From positions 96,001 to 160,000 of the forward strand of contig JBALDB010000032.1 of assembly GCA_036918135.1 (NCBI GenBank): a stretch of DNA of 64,000 nucleotides, given 5' to 3'. Position 1 is the first letter of the stretch, and each line of letters starts with the position of its first letter. The position numbers and the translations under genes are program-made. Source of the DNA: Nostoc sp. (GTDB taxonomy: Bacteria; Cyanobacteriota; Cyanobacteriia; Cyanobacteriales; Nostocaceae). Shown piece by piece: positions 10,881 to 21,800 of this stretch. The notes below the pieces were generated by a model. The model was given only the letters and a program-made list of their open reading frames with translations, had not been told where the DNA came from and made no database searches.

Positions 10881-12885
10881 TTAAGTGAGTGGCATTCTGA
10901 CAACAGAACCAGGACAATAGAGTGGCGTAAAGCTTTAAGGAAATTGGGTGGCGTTGGAACAGTTGGTAAATTTGATCGGGTTGTGCAACGCCAATATCTG
11001 GACTCTGCTGTGAAAGTCGTTGGATCAGTTGAGTATGGCGGATTAGTAAATCTGCTGGTTTGAGCATTGGTATTGTTGATGAAATGAAACCCTCGGCATC
11101 GATAGTGGAGCAGAGTTCGGTTGTGGGAGTTGGTGAAACAGAATTTGTGTCACAGTGCCCTGGTAGAGCTTCTAGCACTGAATAATTCACCGGAATTTGA
11201 ATCCAGAATTCTGTACCTTCACCCAATTGAGAACGACACTTGAGAATTCCTCCGTGTCTGTCTACAACAATTTGGTGGCTGATCGCCATACCTAATCCAG
11301 TTCCTTTACCAATCTCTTTGGTAGTAAAGAAGGGATCGTAAATGCGTTGGATGATGTTTTCCTTCATGCCTGGGCCGTTGTCTGCAATGCGAATTACAAT
11401 CCAGTTGTTATCTAGGGTTTGGGTGCGAATGCTGATTTGGGGAGTAGGGGAGCGTTGAGTTGTGATTTGTAAATTGTGATTTAATTGTGATTCGTAATTT
11501 TGCCATTCGCTATTCGCCATTCCCTCTTCTAGCGCATCAATAGCATTTGCCAGGATGTTCATAAACACTTGATTTAACTGTCCTGGGTAGCATTCAATCA
11601 GGGGAAGTTTGGCATACTCTTTAACGATTTCAATTGCCGGACGGTGAGCAGACGCTTTTAGGCGATGGCGAAGAATCATTAGCGTCCCATCAATGCCATC
11701 ATGGATGTTGACAGCTTTGATTTGGGTTTCGTCATGGCGGGAGAAGTTTTTCAGAGATTGGACAATTTCTACAATGCGGTCTGTGCCCAGTTTCATCGAA
11801 TCCAGCAGTTTGGGAAGATCCTGCATGATAAATTCCACATCAATACTGTCTAGCTCTGATTGCAGATCTGGCGGAGCTACAGGTAAAAATTTCTGATAGT
11901 CTTGCAGCAGGTGTAATAAGTCATTAGCGTACTCTGCAACATACCTCAAATTCCCGCAAATAAAGTTCACTGGGTTATTGATTTCGTGGGCCACTCCAGC
12001 AATTAGTTGCCCTAAAGAAGACATTTTCTCGCTTTGGATTAACTGAGTTTGTGCCAGTTGCAAATCTTGCAGAGCTTGTTGAAGTTTTTGTGTTTGGGCT
12101 TTTGCTTGGATGGTTGCTTGAGTGCTTTGCTCATAAAGCAAAGCTTTTTCAATGGCGATCGCAGTTTGAGACGCAAAGATAGTTACAAGTTTCAGGTGTT
12201 CGGTTCTGTAGGAGTCGATTTTGTCTGTACCAATAGCGATCGCTCCTATTACCCGCTCTTTTGCTCTTAAAGGTACACAAATCAAAGCGTTAATGTTTTT
12301 CTGTGCCCATAATCGAGAATCAGCTTGCACGTCATTTACCAGTTCAGCTCGACCGGATTCGATAATGCTGCCAATTATTCCCTTGCCTAGTTCTGGCTGA
12401 TTCTGCTCAAAAAACGCTCCAAACTCGCCAATGATTTCAAATTCAGCCGTATCGGGACTGAGCAGCAAAATTATCCCTGCTGAGGATTCAATCAATTGAC
12501 TCATTTCCTGGAGTACAAGTTGGGCAATCTGTCGTCTATCCAAACTCGTTGTCAGTTGAGTTGAAATGTCTTCAAACAAATCAATTTCCTGATATCGCTC
12601 TAGCAGTTCTTTAGCAAGTATTTTCTTCTCAGCTTCCTGCTTTGCCAATAACGAGAGCCAACCCGCCAGTAAACTTGCCTGTTCTTTACCAACAACCCAA
12701 CCGATGATTTCTCCTGACGCCTCAATTGGATATCGATTTTCTGATGTTTGCTCGCCAATACTAATCAGTTTCGTACCGTCCACTAGTTCAACGTCAATCG
12801 CGATGTTCAGTCGGTATACTAAGTCCTGAAGCAGAGATGGCAACTCTTCTTTATTAAGAATCTTTCTAAGGCTAACTGCCGACAT
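10873..12885 (-). CDS. GAF sensor histidine kinase (NtrB-like class)
   Basis: GAF domain, GVAHEINNPV H-box, NILANAIDA, DNGPGM, PFFTTK, GTGLG; ATG at 12885 preferred over 12897; overlaps next gene by 8 bp (ATGACTGA). Confidence 0.93.
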   Translation of the reverse strand: MSAVSLRKILNKEELPSLLQDLVYRLNIAIDVELVDGTKLISIGEQTSENRYPIEASGEIIGWVVGKEQASLLAGWLSLLAKQEAEKKILAKELLERYQEIDLFEDISTQLTTSLDRRQIAQLVLQEMSQLIESSAGIILLLSPDTAEFEIIGEFGAFFEQNQPELGKGIIGSIIESGRAELVNDVQADSRLWAQKNINALICVPLRAKERVIGAIAIGTDKIDSYRTEHLKLVTIFASQTAIAIEKALLYEQSTQATIQAKAQTQKLQQALQDLQLAQTQLIQSEKMSSLGQLIAGVAHEINNPVNFICGNLRYVAEYANDLLHLLQDYQKFLPVAPPDLQSELDSIDVEFIMQDLPKLLDSMKLGTDRIVEIVQSLKNFSRHDETQIKAVNIHDGIDGTLMILRHRLKASAHRPAIEIVKEYAKLPLIECYPGQLNQVFMNILANAIDALEEGMANSEWQNYESQLNHNLQITTQRSPTPQISIRTQTLDNNWIVIRIADNGPGMKENIIQRIYDPFFTTKEIGKGTGLGMAISHQIVVDRHGGILKCRSQLGEGTEFWIQIPVNYSVLEALPGHCDTNSVSPTPTTELCSTIDAEGFISSTIPMLKPADLLIRHTQLIQRLSQQSPDIGVAQPDQIYQLFQRHPISLKLYATLLSWFCCQNATHLND

Positions 12886-14199
12886 GAAACACCTCATCTA
12901 GAGTGGATTGTAAATTTCCGGCAATCAAGACAACCCAGTAATTAATTTCATCCGCTACCCCGACTACAAAGTTTTCCAAAGCAGATATTTTAGAAATTTC
13001 CATCAAAATCTCGGAAATATAATAATTCGCTAATAACACTAGTTTTCCCAGGAAGATTGGTAGCATAACAATTACCTTACGGAGGAGCCAATACCTTTAA
13101 AATCTGTAACAAAGACGCCCTTGATGGGTGAAAGCTTATTATTTAGCGATCGCCTCTTGTTGCTCTCTGGAATTTTATCTTCGTAAATTACGTATACTTA
13201 ATTTCTGTTAATCCATAGGCGATCGCTGCAACGTACGGGAAATTTACTCAAACAATAAAAGTTGTGGCTCAGACAACTTTTGAGAGCGCTACATGAGTAG
13301 AAAAAATTAGTTATGGAAGTTTTATAAATTTATCAAAAATATCAGCAATATTAAGTGATAACGAGAAAACAGTATTATAATATATTTTTCTTTTTGTCAA
13401 GGGTAATTTAACGTAGATATAAAAATTTTTTGCTAATTATCTAAATTAAATATATATATTTACTGACTTCTAAAAATATAGCAGGAGGCAGGAGGTAAAA
13501 ACATTACTCTTCGTGATATTCACGCTTATAGAATGTCCTAACCTATATGACTACAGCTATAGATAATCTTTAAGCTTTTAGGAAAATTCATATTTTTACT
13601 AAAGACGTGACATTTATCAATGTACTAGTTAATATGTAACTTGACAATTGAATGATTTTACTCACTTATTTATTAAGTTTAACTAATATCAATTGTTAAA
13701 TACTTTTCCAGCCAGCAGCAAAATTGTCTTCTCAATCTGGCTATTAATGGAATCGAAACAATAAAAATAGCAATAATTCTTGGAATAAGAGCAATACTTA
13801 ATTGTTGTTTTAATCAAGATAATTAACATTAAAAAACTGCTATTAAATAAATTTAGTTTGAGGTGTAAATATATTGAAGAAGCTGATAATTATATTTAAT
13901 CGAGCGTCTATATTTTAAATAAAAAAAGCTAAGTTGTGTTACTGATTATTTACTATAAATCAAACTTTTTATCAGTTACATATGGCAAAGACAGGTTAAA
14001 GCTGTAATTTATTCTGGACTAAAGAGATGATATCAGTGCATCAATTTAGTACTGTATGTTTATTGATTTAATCTCTACTGCAAGGAAAGGTAGAAGGATG
14101 GCACTACAAGGTCAAGATAACGCAAACTATATTTGCAAGTTTAGGCTACTACTTTGAGGCATTCCAAAATACAACTAAAATACCTGGAGAAATCTATCG

Positions 14200-16029
14200 A
14201 TGAGTTTTAGATACTTCAAGCATTGGTTAAGATTTAGGTCAATTCAAAGCATTGTTGTTTTGGTTCTCGTGTCAACTCCTCTATGTAATGCATTCGCTCA
14301 GACTGCTCCCAAAGGAGGAATTGATTGGATTTTGGTAGTGGATACTTCTGCTTCAATGCGTGGTGTAGGTGGAACAAAAAATATTTTTGACTTAGTAAAG
14401 AATTCAATTACTCAATTTGTTAACACAGCCAGATTAGGCGATACAGTTACTATCTATACTTTTGATAAAGATGTAACCTTAAATGCTGACAATATTAGTA
14501 TTACAAGTAATCCTGACAGAGGTAAACTCAAGCAAATAATTAACTCATTTCAGGCTGAGGGTGTGCGGACTCACACAGGTAAGGCAGTACAAAAAGCTTT
14601 GCAACATTCTGCTGTATTAAATCAACGTGCTGATGCTCTTGGTCGGACTGTCAGCATAGTGTTTCTGACAGATGGATTAGAAGATGTGCGTGGTATTCCT
14701 AATCCAGTTCCCATTCCCAGTAATACTCAATTTTTGCGCCAGCAACAATGTAAACCCTATATATTTTTTGTGTCTCTAGGATTAAAAGAACACGAAAAGC
14801 AACTCAACGAATTTGCTAGTAATCCAGCGCTTTGTGGTAAGGGAAAGGTATTGCGAGACCCTGGAGGAGTTCAGCTAAACCAGCTGGCTCAAAATATTCG
14901 ACCCGTGCTAATTCAACCCAAACTAGATGTTAATTTATCGACTCAAAATTTACCAGCAGTATCACCAGGCGCAACTACTGAAACATTCAATATTAATAGT
15001 ATCAGTAATGTCAACACTAAAGTAAGTTTGCAACTGGAAGACCCCAACCAAAGTGGTATTCGTTTAATTCCACCCGATCGCACAATCGACTTAATTGCCA
15101 ATCAACCAACAGCTATTCCTGTGCGCTTACAGATACCAGCAGAGGCAAAGGGAGGTACTAACAGTTTGCGCTTAGTGCTGACGAGCTTAAATCGAGAAAT
15201 CGCACCAATTGCACTAGACCTACCTTTAACCATTCAGTCAAAACTGCAAATACAACCTACAAGGATAGATTTTGGCTCAATAGAAGCAGGCAAAACCACT
15301 CAAACCCAAACTTTAGTAGTTCGCACCAATATATCGGGAACAGCTAAATTACAGTTGCAAGGCAATTTCCAAGATATTTCTGTCGGACAACCAACAGCTG
15401 CCATATCCTTGCAACCAGGAGAAACTAAAGTTCCAGTACAGTTACAAGTTGTTGATAGCAGTTTTGCAGGCGATCGCACCTTCAGCTTGTTACTCACCCC
15501 AGATAATCCGATTGCTAGTCCTATCAGTGCAGAAGTTCATCTACATATTTTCATGCCTTTGGGACGAAAAATAGTTATTTGCTTGCTTTTAGTACTGCTG
15601 GTGTTGTTAATCACCCTGCTAGTAATTTGTTTGATTCAACGCAAAACCCCCTTAGAATTACTCGAAGATTTCCGCAACCGTAACCGCTTAGAAGGAGCAT
15701 TGGTAGTACTGGAACCACTACCACAATCATCCCAGGACGAAGAGATTAGTCTGACTCACCAACATAAGAGTAAAGTATGCTTGAGTGAATTGATACCAGC
15801 AATTACTGCCACCAATTTTGATGCCGAGTTAGTTGTAGCTTGGCGAGCAGGAAAAAAGAATATATATTTACGCTGTTTAAAAGGTGTAATTTTTGTCAAT
15901 ACTAAAAATATAAATACAGATGAACTCTACGATGAGGACATCATCGAGATTGGCAACGTTAAGCTGCAATTTCACTGGATTGAACACCAAAGGCCCTCTG
16001 AGTTAAACAGTGGGCAGACAAACTTTTGA
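14200..16029 (+). CDS. Membrane-anchored vWA-domain protein: signal peptide, vWA (MIDAS), beta-rich Ig-like stalk, single TM helix, C-terminal FHA-like domain
   Basis: Signal-like N-terminus ending AFA-Q; LVVDTSASM (DxSxS), THTGKA, FLTDG; TM IVICLLLVLLVLLITLLVICLI; C-terminal LYDEDIIEIGNVKLQF resembles an FHA end motif. Confidence 0.85.
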   Translation: MSFRYFKHWLRFRSIQSIVVLVLVSTPLCNAFAQTAPKGGIDWILVVDTSASMRGVGGTKNIFDLVKNSITQFVNTARLGDTVTIYTFDKDVTLNADNISITSNPDRGKLKQIINSFQAEGVRTHTGKAVQKALQHSAVLNQRADALGRTVSIVFLTDGLEDVRGIPNPVPIPSNTQFLRQQQCKPYIFFVSLGLKEHEKQLNEFASNPALCGKGKVLRDPGGVQLNQLAQNIRPVLIQPKLDVNLSTQNLPAVSPGATTETFNINSISNVNTKVSLQLEDPNQSGIRLIPPDRTIDLIANQPTAIPVRLQIPAEAKGGTNSLRLVLTSLNREIAPIALDLPLTIQSKLQIQPTRIDFGSIEAGKTTQTQTLVVRTNISGTAKLQLQGNFQDISVGQPTAAISLQPGETKVPVQLQVVDSSFAGDRTFSLLLTPDNPIASPISAEVHLHIFMPLGRKIVICLLLVLLVLLITLLVICLIQRKTPLELLEDFRNRNRLEGALVVLEPLPQSSQDEEISLTHQHKSKVCLSELIPAITATNFDAELVVAWRAGKKNIYLRCLKGVIFVNTKNINTDELYDEDIIEIGNVKLQFHWIEHQRPSELNSGQTNF

Positions 16030-16049
16030 ATCATGTCAGGGGAAAGTGA

Positions 16050-18806
16050 ATGTTAAGTCCTACGGTTGTGCGTCCCACGGTTGTTTTTCGACCTACTGTT
16101 GTGATTGGTTTAGGAGGTACGGGCTATGAAGTTGTGCTAAAGCTCAAAAAGCGATTCATAGATGTTTACGGCTCAGTACCAGAGGTTATTCGTTTTCTTT
16201 CTATTGATACTACCGAAAACATCCAAGAACGAGAAAAATCACCTGATGGCATCAAGGTTTTCTTAGAACCTAACGAACTTTATGCAATCTCAGTAGCAAA
16301 TCCAGGACAACTAATAGGGGGACGTAACGATCACATTGATGAATGGTGGCCTAAGGATAAGGTTCCTACAAACTGCATTCTCAGTGGTGCAGGACAGATT
16401 CGGGCACGGGGACGATTAGCATTATTTGCTAAAGTTGCGGATATTAACGCTTTAATAGGTCAAGCCATTAATGCAGTACGCGAAATTCGTGCTAGCAAAC
16501 AAGTATTTAGAGAAAACTTTCAGGTTTCAAATCGCGACGGTGTTGAAGTTTATGTTGTTGGCAGTTTGGCTGGTGGGACGGGTAGTGGCACATTTTTAGA
16601 CGCGGCATTTTTAGCACGGCAATATCTCAATAGTTTTTCTAATATTACAGGGGTATTTGTTTTACCTAGAGTGTTTGCAAATCTCTCCCAAACTCATTTG
16701 GTAAAGTCAAATGCTTATGGCGCTCTTAAGGAAATCGAACACTTTTGGGGATTGTCACCGTCTAATAGCATTGAGATTGATTACGGTATTTCAAAAATCA
16801 AAGCTGACCGTCCTCCCTTTGATGCTGTATTTTTGATTGATGGGGTTAACAAAAATGGAACTGTAGTCAGCCGTCCAGACGATTTGCAAAATTTAGTTGC
16901 AGATGGTTTGTACATCCAGATTGGTTCTCAAATCGGTCTAGACGCTGCTAACGTTGCCGATAATATTCGTGCTTATCTAGCAACTGGCGAGAAAGTCCGA
17001 GGCCGGAATATAAATTACTGTAGTTTTGGCTTTGCTACTTTGACTCTGCCAGTACAGCAGTATGAGCGGATGAAATTGGATGATGCTCAAAAGTTAATGA
17101 AGAATGAGTTGATGGCATCTACCCCGACAATTGATTTAGAAAACGACATCAATCGATTCTTAGAAGATTGTAAGTTAGCAGATGCTAGTACTGTGCTTAA
17201 TACTTTGACAGAAAGCGATCGCGGTGGACAGATTAAACCTGAATTCCGCATTGGTGAAATGCGTTACGACCGTACAGCTTTACCGACAATCAAAGAACTC
17301 CACAAGCAGCAGTTAGATAAATTTGAGCAACGGGCGGCTCAAGAATTGGCAGTGAATTTTTCTCAACTAGAGCAGACTACAACTGCTGCCATTTCTACTT
17401 GGTGGGAGCGGAGTCTCAACCGTCCCAATGGACTAGCTTATGTTTTGCAATTTTTAACTAAACTATCCCACATATTAGATGAATTGCAGCTGAGTGTGCA
17501 ACGCAAGTCACAAGAGGCAAAATCCAGCTTCAATGCTTTGAAATTAGAACCACAAGAAGAAAAGATTAAAGAAGCCTCAGAAACTTGGTTTCCAAATAAA
17601 AATACTATTCAAACAGCTTGCCAAAGGTATAAAGAACGGGCCGATCAAAAATGGAAGACTTATTTACATTGGAAGCGTTGTGATAAAGCAGCTGAACTTT
17701 ATGGTGTGCTACGGGCTAGGCTGGAAGAACTCCACGAAAAGTGCCAGCGTCTACAAAGTAATTTAGATAAAGTTTACCGAGATTTTGAACAGAGTGATCG
17801 CGAAGTCAGTCGTGAGGGAAATAACGACAATCCTTTTATCCATACTATTGGGCGGATTAATCTCCAATCGAAACGCCCTAAAATTACTGGGGAAGATTTT
17901 ATCCGTTGGTCTAGAGAACAGTCTCAAAGTTTAACAAATTGGTCAGAGAAAAAAGCTGAAGATGTCAAAAGTCAAATCTTAGCATTTTTGAATGAGACTT
18001 ATAGCCCACTGACGAGTATGACTGTTGAGCAGGTATTAGCAGATAGCAATCCGGAAGATGCCGGAAAAGATTTAGAACAACTCGGAAAACTTGCAGTTCC
18101 TTTGTGGCAATATCAAGCAGAGGAAATTCCAACTCAACAGCAGCACGTAATTACGGAATTTTATTACTACGGAGTAGAGACTAGCAACACAGTTTTTAGC
18201 AACCCACCGCTTTCAAGTCGGCTACCTAAAGGCAATAATAATCCTTCTTTCGTGCCAACAGGCGAACCTCATAAAGTCACTTTGTTTCGAGTGGAAGTAG
18301 GTGTCCCCTTGTTTACCTTCAATGGAATGAGGGATATGGAGCTAGCTTACTTAGATCCGAATAAGGTCTTCAAGCACCTGCACCGCAATTGGACTAATTT
18401 TCCGAATTTAATTCCTCTAGAAGATGACGGTGGGGCGTTGCGTTGGTTTGCCTTAGCGCTAGCACCAGATCCATATAAGTTGATTGTCAATCAGAGGCGA
18501 CAATATTCTATTTATACGATCCAAGCGAGAAAATTAGAAGGTCAAGTTTTGCCTTTGGGAGGCGATCGCAAATCAGCATTTAAGGCTTTCAAAAGCAACT
18601 TGCCTCTGGTGAAAGAAATTGCCGAAAAAGTTGAACGTATTACCCACGAAAATCAAGACAAAGCCAAATTTTCTTTAGAAAACTACATCAATCACCTGAA
18701 TCAGGTTTTAAACGGGGGCAAGGTTGATTCCCAAATTAAAGAACAGGTAGAAATGGAAATCCAGGAAATTGAAGCCTACCTGGAAAATTTGGATGTGATT
18801 ATCTAG
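16050..18806 (+). CDS. Tubulin/FtsZ-like GTPase domain protein (Tubulin_2 / FtsZl1-type) with long helical C-terminal region
   Basis: VIGLGGTG (T1), FLSIDT (T2), GAGQIRARGR (T3), GSLAGGTGSG (tubulin signature T4), NAYGALKE. Confidence 0.9.
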   Translation: MLSPTVVRPTVVFRPTVVIGLGGTGYEVVLKLKKRFIDVYGSVPEVIRFLSIDTTENIQEREKSPDGIKVFLEPNELYAISVANPGQLIGGRNDHIDEWWPKDKVPTNCILSGAGQIRARGRLALFAKVADINALIGQAINAVREIRASKQVFRENFQVSNRDGVEVYVVGSLAGGTGSGTFLDAAFLARQYLNSFSNITGVFVLPRVFANLSQTHLVKSNAYGALKEIEHFWGLSPSNSIEIDYGISKIKADRPPFDAVFLIDGVNKNGTVVSRPDDLQNLVADGLYIQIGSQIGLDAANVADNIRAYLATGEKVRGRNINYCSFGFATLTLPVQQYERMKLDDAQKLMKNELMASTPTIDLENDINRFLEDCKLADASTVLNTLTESDRGGQIKPEFRIGEMRYDRTALPTIKELHKQQLDKFEQRAAQELAVNFSQLEQTTTAAISTWWERSLNRPNGLAYVLQFLTKLSHILDELQLSVQRKSQEAKSSFNALKLEPQEEKIKEASETWFPNKNTIQTACQRYKERADQKWKTYLHWKRCDKAAELYGVLRARLEELHEKCQRLQSNLDKVYRDFEQSDREVSREGNNDNPFIHTIGRINLQSKRPKITGEDFIRWSREQSQSLTNWSEKKAEDVKSQILAFLNETYSPLTSMTVEQVLADSNPEDAGKDLEQLGKLAVPLWQYQAEEIPTQQQHVITEFYYYGVETSNTVFSNPPLSSRLPKGNNNPSFVPTGEPHKVTLFRVEVGVPLFTFNGMRDMELAYLDPNKVFKHLHRNWTNFPNLIPLEDDGGALRWFALALAPDPYKLIVNQRRQYSIYTIQARKLEGQVLPLGGDRKSAFKAFKSNLPLVKEIAEKVERITHENQDKAKFSLENYINHLNQVLNGGKVDSQIKEQVEMEIQEIEAYLENLDVII

Positions 18807-18836
18807 CCCTCTAGTCTACGTTCTCAGAATATTTTT

Positions 18837-21800
18837 ATGCCGAAACCAACTATTTTAATTGCACTCGATCCTCACAGTGCCGCTTTTTGTGCAGCGATTA
18901 AACGGCAATTGCAAGAATTTCCGGTCGCCCAAAGCTGTTTAATTCAAACTTATACCCTGACTTGGGATGGTCAAGCTTTTGGCTTTAGTCCTGAGTTAGA
19001 TCGATTTGCCGATCCGAGTTTCGATCTGGCTCAAACTCATAGTAAACAAGCTTATCTCTCCAAAATTCGTACCCAGTTTACCGAAGGTGCTAGCAAGCTG
19101 CAAACTGCACTGATAGATGTAATCAAAGGCGGTACTCAATCAAAAGAAGCGCAAGCTGCTAAACGTCAAGGAGTGGAAATCAGCAGCAGCCATCAAATAT
19201 ATCTGATGCTATCAGTTAGCAATCATTTTTCTAGGGCAGTAGTTTTTGAACTAGTGCGCTTAATGCGTTGGCTATTTACTAAGTATTTTACAGATATTCC
19301 CCATAGCTTAGAAGCTTTACTGCTATTGCCAGGGTTATTTGCCGAAGCCACAACTGCCGATTATAGTGCTGCCTACGCCCTGCTGCGGGAATTAGATTAT
19401 AAAATGACAAGTGGAGTGGCGATCGGTGCCAGTCACAAAGCACCACCTTTTGATAACTGCTGGCTGATGGATGAGCGAATTGGGGGACTAAGAGATAATT
19501 TGCTCAGCTATGCTGATGCTTTTGCAGGCTTTCTGACTGTGGAACCCGAAAGTAACAGCTTGTTGATTGGCACACAAAAAGTGCGAGGCAAAATACCCGC
19601 CTATAGTGCTTTTGGCTATGCAGAATTATTTTATCCCGGAGAAACAGCTATTAACCGTTTGAGTGCTGCTTTAGCTGCTGATATTGTAATGGAGCAGTTT
19701 TTACCGAAGGCAGAATTCACTTTAGAAGCAAATCGCAAATCGCTGTTAGATGCCAAAGAATTTGTCCTCAGCGAAGATTTTAGTAATGCTTTTTTGCAAC
19801 TAGAACGAGATAATGGCAAACCAGTTTGGCAAGATTTTAATCCACGGATGGAAATCCGGGCTGGGATGTCTCAGGAATATGGAATGGAATTGCAGCGTGC
19901 TTATCGGCAATTTGAAAATAAAGAATTACTTTCCTATAAGCGCACTCTGGAAAATTGTTGCAAACAGGTACAAACAGCACTAACTACTTTTTTAGACCGC
20001 AGCATTAACCGTTATGTTGATGCTACACCTAGAGGCTTGCATGAAGGAGTTAGACTATTAAACATATTGACCTATTTATACTTAGAACTGCAAACAGATA
20101 GCATTGGCGATCGCTCTAGGAATCTTGTTACAGAACTGCGTGCGGCTGAAGCATTTCTCGACTCTAGATTGCAAGTTATAATTGATAAAGAAACTACTCA
20201 AAATTTATTCAACCAAGTTTTTTCCTTAAAATTGCGACGGCAACAATTACAAGATGCTTTAGCTGAAGGAAATTCTCAAGAACTGCTGCAAGAGATACAA
20301 GCAATTCAAGAACAGTTAGAAACAGCAATTGCTGAGTATCGCCAAGCGTTAAACGCAGAAATAGAACAAGCTCGACAAATTCGCCCTCAGGCGATCGCTC
20401 GCGCTCGCGAACAAGCCCAAGCAGCGATTAATGTAGCTCAGAATCACTTAACTGCTATTGAAAATCAACTCGAAACAGCTACAGACAACCTCAATGAACT
20501 GCTAGCAGAGGAAAACCGTTTTCGCTCTCAGTATCTAGTCATTTATCCTACCTTAGTTACTGTTGGTTTATTTGCCTTGTTGATTCTCACCGGAATTTTC
20601 AGTCAATCAACATTATGGGTATTTTTGCAACAAATCTGGGCTAACCTTATTAGTTATTTGCTTTGGATTGCGGTAACAATTTTGACTTATTTAGGCATCG
20701 TTTGGCTGAAGTACAGCACTAATATCCGCGATCGCATTCAGAAGGTTCAGAAACAAATTCAACGATTAGAAAGCAGTTTAAAAGCAACTGCTGTAGAATT
20801 GCGCCGCAGCTATAACGAACAATTAAAGTTAGAGTATGATTTATATGCCCAAAACCTTCGTGTTGAAGCGTTAAATCATTTGATTAAAATAGCTAAACAA
20901 AAATTTGAAAGTTTACGACAAACCCTCTCTAATTTTTCTGAAGTATACAATAATTTGGTTGCTCAACGCAATCAAGCTACGACCTACTTTTCAGAAATTA
21001 AACTCACAGTTTTTACAGACACAGATATTGATGCTTATTACCAAAGTTTCCTTACCAAATTACCAACCGAAAAATTTACTCAAGAACAGGTGAGTCGTTC
21101 TCAGTCATGGAAAATTTCTGCTGAAGAATTTCAAAACAAACTTATGTGCTTTGCTCGCCAACAGTTTGAAAAACTGCATAATTTGTCTATTGGAGAAGTG
21201 TTAAAGCAATCAGATTTAATTACGCCAAGTACTGCTACTCTACGCTTGAATCAACTATACGATCGCGCTAACTTGTTGCTGCGACTTCAAGATATTGACG
21301 CTAACTTAAACCCTACTTCTCAACGAGAAATGACTCTCTGGGTAGGAGCAAAAGATAAAGAACAAATTTTTGGGCTTTACAGTCGCTTGAGTCGTAGTTT
21401 AACCGCCTTGTTAGCTGAAGATGAGCAACGATTATCTATTTTGACGACTTCGTTGGGCTTTCCGGCTTATTTTCTCAGTCAAATTGAGTTTTATCGAGAC
21501 TGCTATGAACGTACTCAGGGCGAACAAATTGAGCAAGAGGAATTCTTTCCTGATTTAATACCAGAAGAAATCGGTTCGAGTAGAGAATTAAAGCTAGCTT
21601 ATCAAACTCTACTGTTAGCGATCGCTTTGGGAATATTATCCCAAAATGCTCAAGGGAGTTATCAGTTCAATAGTCAATTACTTGGTAGAGAACGCCAACA
21701 AATTGCCTTAGCTTTGGCAACTGAGTTTGCTTTCCAAGAGATACACGCTCAAATTAAAGAACGTATAGAAGTCTTTGAACCTGATTTGATTTATCAAAAA

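Noticed and set aside
16050..18806. Calling this gene ftsZ
   Set aside because: 918 aa, lacks the FtsZ C-terminal organisation and dcw context; fits the divergent Tubulin_2-type family instead
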